The position numbers were made by a program, and so were the translations under genes. A model generated the notes under the pieces. That model had not been told where the DNA came from. It worked only from the letters and a program-made list of their open reading frames with translations, and did no database searches. Shown here in pieces: positions 37,162-46,437 of a stretch of DNA of 64,000 nucleotides (its first letter is position 1; each line of letters begins with the position of its first letter). Source of the DNA: Burkholderiales bacterium (GTDB lineage: Bacteria; Pseudomonadota; Gammaproteobacteria; Burkholderiales; Burkholderiaceae_E); assembly GCA_026399835.1 (NCBI GenBank), contig JAPLQE010000092.1:2882-66881 (forward strand). The letters run 5' to 3'.

Positions 37162-37421
37162 TCCTCTTCTCCTTCCTGGACACCGTACTCGATGTCCATG
37201 TTGTTCATGTAGCGCGCGTAGAACCAGATGATCAGGCAGTAGATGATGAGTGAGCCCTGGGCGCCCATGTAGAAGCTGAACGGCCAGCCGAAGAAACTGA
37301 AGCTCAGATCTCGAGCGAACCAGCCTACGACGAAGGTGACGATGAACCAGATCCCCAAAAGGATGCCGGTGATTCTCAGGTTGCGCTGCCAGTATTCATC
37401 TAGCTTGGCTGTGGATGCCAT
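37158..37421 (-). CDS. yjcH: DUF485 (YjcH-like) small membrane protein
   Basis: 87 aa with two TM helices. It is translationally coupled to actP, as in the E. coli yjcH-actP pair. Confidence 0.85.
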   Translation of the reverse strand: MASTAKLDEYWQRNLRITGILLGIWFIVTFVVGWFARDLSFSFFGWPFSFYMGAQGSLIIYCLIIWFYARYMNNMDIEYGVQEGEEE

Positions 37422-37516
37422 GGGTCTCCTCCAAGAGTTCGGGAATGTGACGGAACGGGAATGCGTTGGTTGAGGCGGGACCTCCGAGATCGACGGGCGG
37501 GGCGGTTGACGGGGGT

Positions 37517-38116
37517 TCAGCGAACCATCTGCTCGCCGACGACGACACCGGTCTCGCGCTCGAGCTGACGCGCGACCTGAGGCTCGAAGACGGAGAGCTT
37601 CTTGATCATCCGGGCGACCCGCTCGGGCTGCTGCAGACGGTGGTGGACATGTGCGAGCTGGTAGAAGCCGAACGGGCTCATCGGCTGCAGCTCGATGTTC
37701 ATCTTCAACGGTGCGATGGCCTCGTCGAGCCGGCCGGTCTTGATCAGGGAGAGCGCCTTGCCGTAGTAGGCGAGATCGAGCTTCTGGTCCAGCGCGATGG
37801 CCCGATCGAACGACTCGATCGCCTCTTCGTGGCGCTGTTCTTCCTGTTGCAGATAGCCCAGGTTGTACCAGGTGCCGGCCTTCGTCGCGTCGAGCCGCAG
37901 GGCTTCGCGCAGCAACTGGACCGCGCCCGGCCGATTGCCCGTGGTGGCCTTCAGGTGGGCCAACGCCGCGAGCGTCACGGCGTCACCGGGACGGGCCGCC
38001 GCGATGCGCTCCCAATACGCCACGGCCCTGTCGTCACGCTTGAGCAGCTTCGCCAAGGTGGCCATCTGTCGCCAATACCAGAGGGCGAGCACCGACGCGT
38101 CCGCTGAGGCTGTCAT
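37517..38116 (-). CDS. TPR-repeat protein
   Basis: From ATG 38116 the product is 199 aa. It has repeated A-x-x-Y/W-x-x-A-hairpin patterns (AVAYWERIAAARPGD.., GTWYNLGYLQQEEQRHEEAIESFDRAIALD.., AYYGKALSLIKTGRLDEAI). Confidence 0.75.
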   Translation of the reverse strand: MTASADASVLALWYWRQMATLAKLLKRDDRAVAYWERIAAARPGDAVTLAALAHLKATTGNRPGAVQLLREALRLDATKAGTWYNLGYLQQEEQRHEEAIESFDRAIALDQKLDLAYYGKALSLIKTGRLDEAIAPLKMNIELQPMSPFGFYQLAHVHHRLQQPERVARMIKKLSVFEPQVARQLERETGVVVGEQMVR

Positions 38117-38397
38117 GCCGCGGCTCCGGCGACCATGCGCGGCAGAAGCACCGCCAGTGCGACGCAGATCCAGAACAGCAGGAAGAAGGCCACCACGGGC
38201 ACGTGCATGTCGGCCACCTTTCGAGGCGTTATCACACGGACCGCTCGGACAACCGGTGAGGTGAGGAACCTGAAGAATCGATAGACCGCATTGTCTTCGT
38301 GACGACCGAAGCAGAGCAGACGGACCATGCCCTGACCGGCCAGCAGAAGCATCGAGAAGGCCGCGAGCGTGTACACCATGTTGAGAACGTAGATCAC
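38113..38397 (-). CDS. Small membrane protein, YggT-like
   Basis: 94 aa and lower in GC. It has two or three hydrophobic helices, NAVYRFFRFLTSPVVRAVRVITPRKV resembles the YggT core, and its stop overlaps the TPR start (ATGA). Confidence 0.45.
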   Translation of the reverse strand: MIYVLNMVYTLAAFSMLLLAGQGMVRLLCFGRHEDNAVYRFFRFLTSPVVRAVRVITPRKVADMHVPVVAFFLLFWICVALAVLLPRMVAGAAA

Positions 38398-38826
38398 TCG
38401 GCCTCCATGCCGACGCGCAGACCGTCGATCCCCATCGACAGCAGGCCGATTCGCCCTTGGGTGCGTTCGGACGTCGTGCTCGCGGGCAGGCGCGTTCTCC
38501 TCCCGCTCGGGTCGCTCTTTGATTTGGACGGTATGGGCGACGGCTTACTGGAAACTTACAAATCGTGAGAAGGTCGTTAGGATTGCGTGATCGAATGGGG
38601 TCGCTTCCAGGCGAACCGCGGCCGATCGACGTGAGCAACGCGCCTGCAGCTCCGAGCAGACGCACCCGCGCCCCTGTTCTTCAACGGCCCGCCAGAAGCG
38701 GATCCCACGCATCGGCTGCTGGAAAGCGACCTGATCGGCCGAGCGCTGAGGCGGCTTGCCGCCCTTGGCGCCGCGCGCCGCATCGGATTCGGGGAACATC
38801 CGGAATCGGCCGGATGCGCTGGATCA

Positions 38827-38893
38827 CCATGGCGCTGGCTGCCCCTGGGGCCAGCCTTGCGAGCGCGCTTGAAAATTCTGTTCCCCGTCTCGG
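38827..38893. repeat. Copy 1 of a ~65-bp direct repeat (partner 41446-41512)
   Basis: ccatggcgctggctgcccctggggccagccttgcgagcgcgcttgaaaattctgttcccc aligns with ccatggcgctggctgcccctgcggccagcctcgcgagggcgcttgaaatgcctgtcccc. It contains a ggctg..cagcc hairpin followed by CTTGAAA. Confidence 0.7.
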
Positions 38894-39162
38894 GGCCTGT
38901 CGCGTCGGGCCGCGGCGTCGTCGGGAATCGACGCCCATCGACACTCCGGAGGCGGTGATCAACCTCCTGTCGGACGGAGCGGGGTCGCGCCTTGGCTCGG
39001 ACGGCGGGCGCCCCCGATCATCCGGACGAACCGGTGCGTGGCTCGAACCCGCCGGACTCCCCGCCTCCCCACCCCGGTGTGGCGGGGTGCAGTGCTCGAG
39101 CTCGCCACCGGTGCCGACATGCCGCCGGCCCTCCATCCCCCGCCCCTCCCTACGGAGCCCAG

Positions 39163-41286
39163 ATGCCCGCCTCGATAACCTCCGACCGCCCGGCGCACAC
39201 GCCGCCGTCGTCCGCCGTCCGCTTCGCCGCACCGCTCGCCGCCACCGCGATCGCCCTCGCCCTCGCCGCCTGCGGCGGCGGTGGCAGTGGCAGCGCCGAC
39301 ACGACCCCGACGGCTTCGGCAGCCCCCACGCCGACGACGCCCGCGGCGCCGATTGCCGTCGAGATCAAGGGCGTCGCCGCCACCGGTGCGCCGATGGCCG
39401 GCGCGACCGTCACCGTCTACGACGCCACCGGCGCGAAGGTCTGCGAGTCGACCGCCGCCGCCGACGGCTCGTACGCCTGTTCGCTCGGCACCGAGCCCAA
39501 GGCGCCCTTCGTCATCCAGGCGGCGCTCGGCGAGGTGACGCTGCTCAGCGCGCTCGGCACGGCGAGTGCGGGCACGGTCAACGTGACGCCGATCACCCAC
39601 CTGATCGCGGCGACGCTCGCGGCCGACGGCGATCCGCAGACGCTGATGACCCGCCTCGCGTCCGGCGAGAAGCCGTACACCGCCGAGGCGCTGCAGTCCG
39701 CCGTGGATCGCGTGACCTCGGCGCTCAAGCCGCTGACCGACCTGCTCGGCGCGACCATCGACCCGATCCGGGGCAGCTTCGCCGCCGACGGCACCGGCTA
39801 CGACAAGGTGCTCGACGCGCTGCAGGTCAGCATCCGTCCCGACGGAAACACCTCGAACGTCGAGGTCACCGTGAAGGCGATGCCGACCTCCGAGGACGCC
39901 GCGCCGGTCGCGATCTCGTTCCAGGCGAACGCAACGACGATCCCGCCGCTGCCCGCGACGATCGACCTCGGTACGGTGTCCACCGTCAACGTCCCCAGTG
40001 CGATCGCCGACCTCGCCGCGCGGCTGAACGCCTGCTACGCGCTGCCGGCCGCGCAGCGCGTGAGCGACGGCACGAACGCCGGCTCGACTTTGGTCGCGCC
40101 GGCATGCCGCACGCTGTTCTCGCAGGACGATCCGACGACCTTCCTGTCGAACGGCGCGCGCGTCGGCCCGGCTCAGACGGCCGCCTACTCGAGCCTGTTC
40201 CGTGACGGCGCGGTCGGCCTGCGCTGGGAGGCGGGCGCCTTCGACTTCTACCGCGCGAACGGCGACTGGATCGTTTCCTACAAGGTCGTCCTGCCCGACG
40301 GCACGGTATCGCCCGAGCAGGCTGCGGCCCGTCTCGAGGGCGGCAAGCTGAAGATGATCGGCAACCAGTACGTCTACAGCGCCGGCGTGAGGCCGATCGT
40401 CCAGCGCCGCGAGCACATCAACACGCCGGCGGCGAGCAACCTCTCGGTCGGCTACAACGTGCAGATCGCGAACCGAGTGGACGGCTCGGGCAACCCCGTG
40501 TTCTCGAAGGTCGAGGTGACGACGCCGCGCGGCAACAAGCTCACCTACCTGCCGAGCACCGGCCTGAGCTACATGGTGCTCGCGAAACAGGACGGCTCCG
40601 CCTCGGCCACGCCAGTCATCCGGCTCGCCGGCAAGATGCTCGACCCCGCCCGCACCGTGCATCCGGCCGACGTCGACACTGCGCTCTTCTTCGCCGATCG
40701 CACGGTCTACACCGAGGAGGTGATCCGGGCGATCCCCGACCAGAGCGTCTGGAAGATGGAGTTCTTCCACGTCAACCCCGCGACGCCGAACGTCGTGCAG
40801 GCGTACCGCACGGTCTCGCGCTCGATGACGCTCGCCGAGGCCTCGCAGGTGAAGTTCGCCCAGCCCCTGGCGGCGATGAAGGACGCGCTGAAGCTGGAGA
40901 GCGGGGCCACCGGCTCCGTGTCGTTCACCGACACGCCGAGCGCGGGGAACCCCGCGTACGCGTACATCGAGCCGGACGGCGGCGGTGCGTTCTGGACCGT
41001 GCCCGCGGGCGCGCCCGCGCCGACCTCGGTGACGATTTTCGGTCGCGCGCCGTCGAATGGTGCCCGCTTCAACGATAGCGTCTCGGTGCCGCCGTCGGCC
41101 CGCAAGGCGACGATCCGGTGCTCGGCGCAGACTGCAGGCGACGCGCACTGCGCGGCCGCGCCGTATCGCGACCAGTACGCGGTCGGCTCGAGCGCCAACC
41201 TGCTCGAGCTCTGGGCCCGGGATGGCCGGCAGATGGAGTACTCGTCGATGACGGCGCTCTACAAGCTGACCGTGCCCACGCCCTGA
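39163..41286 (+). CDS. Large lipoprotein with N-terminal carboxypeptidase-regulatory-like domain
   Basis: From ATG 39163 (acggag RBS) the product is 707 aa. It has the lipobox LALAAC|GGGG, a Pro/Thr/Ala linker, and then VEIKGVAATGAPMAGATVTVYDATGAKVCESTAAADGSYAC. The remainder is beta-rich and not recognised. Confidence 0.75.
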   Translation: MPASITSDRPAHTPPSSAVRFAAPLAATAIALALAACGGGGSGSADTTPTASAAPTPTTPAAPIAVEIKGVAATGAPMAGATVTVYDATGAKVCESTAAADGSYACSLGTEPKAPFVIQAALGEVTLLSALGTASAGTVNVTPITHLIAATLAADGDPQTLMTRLASGEKPYTAEALQSAVDRVTSALKPLTDLLGATIDPIRGSFAADGTGYDKVLDALQVSIRPDGNTSNVEVTVKAMPTSEDAAPVAISFQANATTIPPLPATIDLGTVSTVNVPSAIADLAARLNACYALPAAQRVSDGTNAGSTLVAPACRTLFSQDDPTTFLSNGARVGPAQTAAYSSLFRDGAVGLRWEAGAFDFYRANGDWIVSYKVVLPDGTVSPEQAAARLEGGKLKMIGNQYVYSAGVRPIVQRREHINTPAASNLSVGYNVQIANRVDGSGNPVFSKVEVTTPRGNKLTYLPSTGLSYMVLAKQDGSASATPVIRLAGKMLDPARTVHPADVDTALFFADRTVYTEEVIRAIPDQSVWKMEFFHVNPATPNVVQAYRTVSRSMTLAEASQVKFAQPLAAMKDALKLESGATGSVSFTDTPSAGNPAYAYIEPDGGGAFWTVPAGAPAPTSVTIFGRAPSNGARFNDSVSVPPSARKATIRCSAQTAGDAHCAAAPYRDQYAVGSSANLLELWARDGRQMEYSSMTALYKLTVPTP

Positions 41287-41310
41287 TCGCGACGCGGCGA
41301 GTACTGTTCA

Positions 41311-41337
41311 GCGCGGCGCGCGCATCGCGCGCCGCGC
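41311..41337 (+). terminator. Perfect 12-bp GC hairpin after the lipoprotein gene
   Basis: The hairpin is gcgcggcgcgcg-cat-cgcgcgccgcgc, 25 nt after the stop. No U-tract is present. Confidence 0.4.
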
Positions 41338-41445
41338 GAACCAGACGATAGCGATCACCGTCGCGACCCGCCGCTGCTCGCAGCCCGGCTGCGTTCACAC
41401 CAGCGTGTATCCGACAGGGCGCCGTCGCGCCGTGCGGCCCCCTGC

Positions 41446-41512
41446 CCATGGCGCTGGCTGCCCCTGCGGCCAGCCTCGCGAGGGCGCTTGAAATGCCTGT
41501 CCCCTCGCCGGC
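41446..41512. repeat. Copy 2 of the ~65-bp direct repeat
   Basis: See 38827-38893. Confidence 0.7.
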
Positions 41513-41540
41513 TCGGTCTACGATCGCGGGCCGGTGATCT

Positions 41541-42635
41541 TCAACAGCCTGCCAGGCCGGGATTCGCATCGACCCGCACCCGGCCGCACACCGCCGCCGT
41601 CACCTGCGCCGTCGTCGCGGTGCCGCCCAGGTCCCGCGTATGCAGCGCCGGGTCCGCGGTCACCTGCTCGATCGCCGCCATCAGCCGCGCGGCCGCGGCG
41701 GTCTCGCCCAGGTGCTCGAGCATCATCACCACCGACCAGAAGGTGCCGATCGGATTCGCGACGCCCTGCCCCATGATGTCGAAGGCCGAGCCGTGGATCG
41801 GCTCGAACATCGACGGGTAGCGCCGCTCGGGATCGACGTTGCCGGTGGGCGCGATGCCGAGGCTGCCGGCCAGCGCGGCCGCGAGGTCGCTCAGGATGTC
41901 CGCGTGCAGGTTGGTCGCGACGACGGTGTCGATCGAGGCCGGGCGGTTGACCATGCGCGCGGTCATCGCGTCGACCAGCTCCTTGTCCCAGCGCACGTCG
42001 GGGAACTCGGCCGCGATCTCGGCGGCGATCTGGTCCCACATCACCATCGCGTGGCGCTGCGCGTTGCTCTTGGTGACGACGGTCAGCAGCTTGCGCGGCC
42101 GCGTGCGCGCCAGCGCGAACGCGAAGCGCATGATCCGCTCGACGCCGGCGCGGGTCATCATCGACACGTCGGTCGCGGCCTCGATCGGATGTCCCTGGTG
42201 CACGCGGCCGCCGACGCCGGCGTACTCGCCCTCGGAGTTCTCGCGGACGATCACCCAGTCGAGGTCCTTCGGGCCGCAGCGCTTCAGCGGCGCGTCGATG
42301 CCGGGCAGGATGCGCGTCGGCCGCACGTTCGCGTACTGGTCGAAGCCCTGGCAGATCTTCAGGCGCAGGCCCCACAGCGTCACATGGTCGGGGATGTGCG
42401 GGTCGCCCGCCGAGCCGAAGAGGATCGCGTCCTTGCCCCGCAACGCCGCGAGGCCGTCGGCCGGCATCATCTCGCCGTGCGCGCGGTACCAGTCGCCGCC
42501 CCAGCCGAAGGTCTCGAACTCGAAGCGCAGCCCGCCGTCTGCGGCGGCGAGCGCCTCGAGCAGCTCGGCGCCGGCGGGGATCACTTCCTTGCCGATGCCG
42601 TCTCCGGGGATCAGGGCGATGCGATAGGTCTTCAT
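41541..42635 (-). CDS. Tartrate dehydrogenase/decarboxylase (D-malate dehydrogenase) family, isocitrate/isopropylmalate DH fold
   Basis: From ATG 42635 the product is 364 aa. It has IALIPGDGIGKEV, VRENSEGEYAG, TKSNAQRH, NLHADILSDLAAALAGSLG and EPIHGSAFDI. Confidence 0.85.
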   Translation of the reverse strand: MKTYRIALIPGDGIGKEVIPAGAELLEALAAADGGLRFEFETFGWGGDWYRAHGEMMPADGLAALRGKDAILFGSAGDPHIPDHVTLWGLRLKICQGFDQYANVRPTRILPGIDAPLKRCGPKDLDWVIVRENSEGEYAGVGGRVHQGHPIEAATDVSMMTRAGVERIMRFAFALARTRPRKLLTVVTKSNAQRHAMVMWDQIAAEIAAEFPDVRWDKELVDAMTARMVNRPASIDTVVATNLHADILSDLAAALAGSLGIAPTGNVDPERRYPSMFEPIHGSAFDIMGQGVANPIGTFWSVVMMLEHLGETAAAARLMAAIEQVTADPALHTRDLGGTATTAQVTAAVCGRVRVDANPGLAGC

Positions 42636-43753
42636 GCGGGGTCTCGTGAGGCCGGCGCCCGGGGCGTCGAGGGAGGGGTCTGGCGCGCCTGCTCGATGTC
42701 GCGCCGCTGCCCGAGCAGCCGCCGGAACTGCAGCAGCGCCGCGTCCATCGCCAGCGGCAGCATCGGCGCGTCGGGGGCGAACGCGATGTTGCGGTGCTGC
42801 GCGGTGATCATCGCGCGGTCCTCCTCGAAGGCACGCACCAGGCTGTCGTAGATCGAGGCGGTCGTCGACGCATCGCCCATGTCGGCCGGATGCGACTGCT
42901 GGAAGAAGTAGTGCGTGGTGCCCGCCGTCTCCGGCGTCAGCGTCTGGCAGCTGTGCAGCCGCACCTCGTTCGCGCCCGAGGCGTCGCCGGTCGGGCGCCC
43001 GCCGGAGTGCATCAGCAGCGTGCCAGGCAGCAGGAACTCGTAGTCGAACCAGCGGTCCAGGTTCGTGTCGAAGCTGCGGAAGCGCTGGTAGAAGGGCGGC
43101 GCGGGCACGTCGGGCACGTGCCGCGTCACGCGGATGCCGAGCTGCGGCCAGTCGGTGTTCGGGCCGGGCACCGGCGCGATCTCGGGGCGCGAATGCGCGA
43201 TCTTCGTCGTGCCGCCCAGCGAGGTCTCGTGCACGTAGCTCAGGTGCGAGAAGTCGAGCAGGTTGTCGCAGATCAGCAGGTACGGCGTGTCGTAGTGCAG
43301 GTAGCCGGGCCGGTTGAGCCAGCCGGGATGGTCGCAGGAGAAGTTGTCGGGCAGCAGCGCGGTATCGGCGCGCGCCGGATCCCCCATCCACACGAAGATC
43401 CAGCGGTTGCGCACCGCCACCGGGTAGGCGCGCACGCAGGCCTTGGGCGGGATCGCGGCCAGTCCCGGCGCCTCGACGCAGCGCCCGCGCGCATCGAACA
43501 TCAGCCCGTGGTAGCCGCAGCGCACGCTGTCGCCCTCGCGCCGTCCCTGCGACAGCGGCGCGTGACGGTGACAGCAGCGGTCCTCCATCGCGGCGAAGCC
43601 GCCGTCCTGCAGCCGGTACACCAGGATCGGTTCCTCGAGCACGATGCGGCGGAACAGCGGCGCCTCGCGCGGGGCGTCTGCGGGCGGGATCTCGTGGTCC
43701 CAGGCGATCACGTACCAGCAGTCGCGCAGCCAGCCGCGGTGGGTCTCGGTCAT
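42632..43753 (-). CDS. Rieske [2Fe-2S] oxygenase, VanA/phthalate-family alpha subunit
   Basis: From ATG 43753 (gaggagac RBS) the product is 373 aa. It has CCHRHAPLSQG...CGYHGLMFD (Rieske CxH..CxxH) and DNLLDFSHLSYVH (mononuclear iron site). Confidence 0.85.
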   Translation of the reverse strand: MTETHRGWLRDCWYVIAWDHEIPPADAPREAPLFRRIVLEEPILVYRLQDGGFAAMEDRCCHRHAPLSQGRREGDSVRCGYHGLMFDARGRCVEAPGLAAIPPKACVRAYPVAVRNRWIFVWMGDPARADTALLPDNFSCDHPGWLNRPGYLHYDTPYLLICDNLLDFSHLSYVHETSLGGTTKIAHSRPEIAPVPGPNTDWPQLGIRVTRHVPDVPAPPFYQRFRSFDTNLDRWFDYEFLLPGTLLMHSGGRPTGDASGANEVRLHSCQTLTPETAGTTHYFFQQSHPADMGDASTTASIYDSLVRAFEEDRAMITAQHRNIAFAPDAPMLPLAMDAALLQFRRLLGQRRDIEQARQTPPSTPRAPASRDPA

Positions 43754-43797
43754 GTCCGTCTCCTCGATTCGCCGCGGCGCTGTCGTCCGCGCATCCG

Positions 43798-44109
43798 TCA
43801 GAACGCCGATGCCGCCCGCTCGCGCGCCGCGCGCACCGCCACCACGATCATCGCGACGCCGACGCCGAGCGTGACGCCCGCCGCGACGTAGGCGTACCAG
43901 TAGTCGACCAGCCCGGTCGCCCGGCGCTCGGCCATGAACTCGATCAGCATCGAGAACCCCAGCCCGGCCGCCCCGCCGACCGCCGCGCCGAGCAGCGCGC
44001 GCGCCGCGGCGGGCCGGGTGGCCGCGTCGCGCAGGTACCAGAGGGCGAGCCCGAGCGCGACCGGCGCGAGGACGGCGAGGACGAGGCCGATCAGCCAGAC
44101 GACGAACAT
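43798..44109 (-). CDS. Small hypothetical membrane protein
   Basis: 103 aa with three hydrophobic helices. It lies inside the co-oriented operon. The call is composition-based only. Confidence 0.4.
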   Translation of the reverse strand: MFVVWLIGLVLAVLAPVALGLALWYLRDAATRPAAARALLGAAVGGAAGLGFSMLIEFMAERRATGLVDYWYAYVAAGVTLGVGVAMIVVAVRAARERAASAF

Positions 44110-44216
44110 TCGGGAGGGCCAGGGCACGAGGGGGAGCGGCGCAGCGTACGTCGGGCGGGGGACGTCGGCAAGGACGGCGTGCCCGGCGTGTCCGCAAGCG
44201 GCGCGAGCGGCGGCGC

Positions 44217-45380
44217 TCAGCCTACCCCGGACAGCGAGCGCAGCACCTCGTCGGTGTGCTCGCCCAGCCGCGGCGCCGGCCCGGGCGCGGGCAGCCCGCC
44301 CTCGTGCCAGGTCGCGCCCGTGCCGATGGTGCGCAGCGTGCCCTCGGTCGGATGCTCGGCGGTGCCGAGAAAGCCCGTGGCCAGCAGTTGCGGGTCGGTG
44401 AGCATCTCGTCGATCGAATGCATGCGGATCGCAGGCACGTCGATCGACTCGAGCAGCGCGAGCGCCTCGCGGGTGTCGCGCGCACCGAGCTCGGCGTCGA
44501 CGATGCCGTAGAGGCGGTCGACCTGCTGCGTGCGGCCCTCGATGGTCTCGAGCGCCGGGTCGGCCGCCCACTCGGTACCGCGCCCGGTGGCCGCGAAGAA
44601 GTCGCGCCACTGCCGCGCCGAATAGATCATCGCGCACAGCCAGCCGTCGCGCGTCGCGTACGGCCGGCGGTCGCGGGCGAGGTGGCGCGGATAGCCGACC
44701 GCCCCGAGCGCCGGCACGAAGCTCTCGCCCTGCAGGTGGTCGGCGAGCACCAGGCGCGCCATCGTCTCGAACATCGTCACGTCGATCGCGCGGCCGCGCC
44801 CGTCGCGGTCGCGCTGGCGCAGTCCGGCGAGGATGTGGCTGACGGCGGCCATGCCGGTCACGCGGTCGGCGATCGCCAGCGGCGCGTAGCGCGGCCGCTC
44901 CGAGCCCGCGGCGAGCGACAGCCAAGGCAGGCCGGCGGCGCCCTGGATGATGTCGTCGTACGCGGGACGCCCGTCGTACGGGCCGCCGCGCGCGAAGCCG
45001 AAGAGACCGACGTACAGCAGCCGCGGCGCGATCGCGCGCACCGCATCGAAGTCCAGGCCGAGCCGCGCCATCGCCTGCGGCCGCACGTTGTAGACCAGCA
45101 CGTCCGCGGTCGCGAGCAGCCGGCGCATCGCGTCGCGGCCGGCGTCGGCCTTCAGGTCGAGGACCACGCTCTTCTTGCCGCGGTTGGCGTTCATGAAGAT
45201 CGCGCCCATGCCCGGCGAGCGCATCGGACCGATGCCGCGGATGAGGTCGCCCTCGGGCGGCTCGACCTTGATGACCTCGGCGCCGAACTCGGCGAGCGTC
45301 TGGGTCGCGAACGGCCCCATCAGCACCGTCGTCAGGTCGACGACGCGCACGCCCTCGAGCGGCGCGGCGGGCCCGCTCAT
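44217..45380 (-). CDS. Family III CoA-transferase (CaiB/BaiF)
   Basis: From ATG 45380 the product is 387 aa. It has LEGVRVVDLTTVLMGPFATQTLAEFGAEVIKVE, NRGKKSVVLDLK, and the catalytic-Asp region YDDIIQG. Confidence 0.9.
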   Translation of the reverse strand: MSGPAAPLEGVRVVDLTTVLMGPFATQTLAEFGAEVIKVEPPEGDLIRGIGPMRSPGMGAIFMNANRGKKSVVLDLKADAGRDAMRRLLATADVLVYNVRPQAMARLGLDFDAVRAIAPRLLYVGLFGFARGGPYDGRPAYDDIIQGAAGLPWLSLAAGSERPRYAPLAIADRVTGMAAVSHILAGLRQRDRDGRGRAIDVTMFETMARLVLADHLQGESFVPALGAVGYPRHLARDRRPYATRDGWLCAMIYSARQWRDFFAATGRGTEWAADPALETIEGRTQQVDRLYGIVDAELGARDTREALALLESIDVPAIRMHSIDEMLTDPQLLATGFLGTAEHPTEGTLRTIGTGATWHEGGLPAPGPAPRLGEHTDEVLRSLSGVG

Positions 45381-46369
45381 TCGGCCTTCGCGCCGGTCTC
45401 GGCCACCACCTTCGACCAGCGCGCGAGCTCGCTCTTCAGGTAGGCCGCGTACTCCTCGGGCGTGCTGCCGAGGATCTCGGTGCCCTGCGCGATCAGCTTC
45501 TGGCGGGTCTCGTCGTGGGCGAGGACGCGGCGCAGCTCGGCGTTGAGCCGCTGCACGATCGGCGCGGGCGTGCCCGCCGGCAGCACCACGCCCTGCCAGG
45601 CGCTCATCTCCATGCCGGCCATCACCGTCTCGGTCAGCGTCGGCACGTCGGGCAGCACCGCGAGACGCTTCGGCATGGTGACCGCCAGCGCGCGCAGTCG
45701 GCCGTCCTTCACGTACGGCAGCGCGCTGTTCACCGTGTCGGTCATCAGGTTCACCACGCCGGCCGCGGTGTCGACCAGCGAGGGCGCGCTGCCCTTGTAC
45801 GGGATGTGCGTCATCTGCAGGCCGAGCGCCGAGGCGAGCGCGGCGGTCGCCAGGTGCGTGATCGTGCCGGTGCCCGAGGAGCCGTAGTTCAGCTTGCCGG
45901 GGTTGGCCTTCGCATAGGCGACGAACTCCTGGATGGTCTTCGCCGGCACCGACGGATGGACCATCACGATCATCGCGTTGGTGGCGGTGGTGCTCACCGG
46001 CACGAAGTCGCGCAGCGTGTCGTAGGGCACCTTGCCGTAGAGGGCGGGCGCGATGGTGATCGCCGAGGTGTTGTAGAACATCGTGTAGCCGTCGGGCGCG
46101 GCCTTCGCGGCGAGGTCGGCCGCGAGGTTGCCGCCGGCGCCCGGCTTGTTGTCGACGATCACCGACTGGCCGATCTGCTCGGACAGCCGCTGCGCGACCA
46201 CGCGCGCGACGATGTCGGTGGGCCCGCCGGGCGCGAAGCCGATGATCATCCGCAGCGGCCGGGCCGGCCAGGCGGGCTGCTGCGCGAAGGCGGCGCCGGC
46301 CGCGGGCAGTACCGCGCAGGCGAGGCCGGCGCGGATCACGCGGCGGCGGGCAGGGGTCGTCGTCGTCAT
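45377..46369 (-). CDS. Bug/TctC-family tripartite tricarboxylate transporter substrate-binding protein
   Basis: From the ATG near 46369 the product is ~330 aa. It has a Tat-like leader (ARRRVIRAGL), then RPLRMIIGFAPGGPTDIVARV, VDNKPGAGGN and YGSSGTGTITHL. Confidence 0.9.
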   Translation of the reverse strand: MTTTTPARRRVIRAGLACAVLPAAGAAFAQQPAWPARPLRMIIGFAPGGPTDIVARVVAQRLSEQIGQSVIVDNKPGAGGNLAADLAAKAAPDGYTMFYNTSAITIAPALYGKVPYDTLRDFVPVSTTATNAMIVMVHPSVPAKTIQEFVAYAKANPGKLNYGSSGTGTITHLATAALASALGLQMTHIPYKGSAPSLVDTAAGVVNLMTDTVNSALPYVKDGRLRALAVTMPKRLAVLPDVPTLTETVMAGMEMSAWQGVVLPAGTPAPIVQRLNAELRRVLAHDETRQKLIAQGTEILGSTPEEYAAYLKSELARWSKVVAETGAKAE

Positions 46370-46437
46370 GTCGGTGTCTTCTCGTCGTGGGGTGGCGGTG
46401 AGGTGTCGGTGGGCTGTCGGGCGGGCGTGGGACAGGG

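Noticed and set aside
38545-38799. An 84-aa ORF on the minus strand in the large intergenic gap.
   Set aside because: It has no RBS, no recognisable motif and Arg/Ala-rich composition, and it starts in the AT-rich patch, which is more likely promoter DNA.
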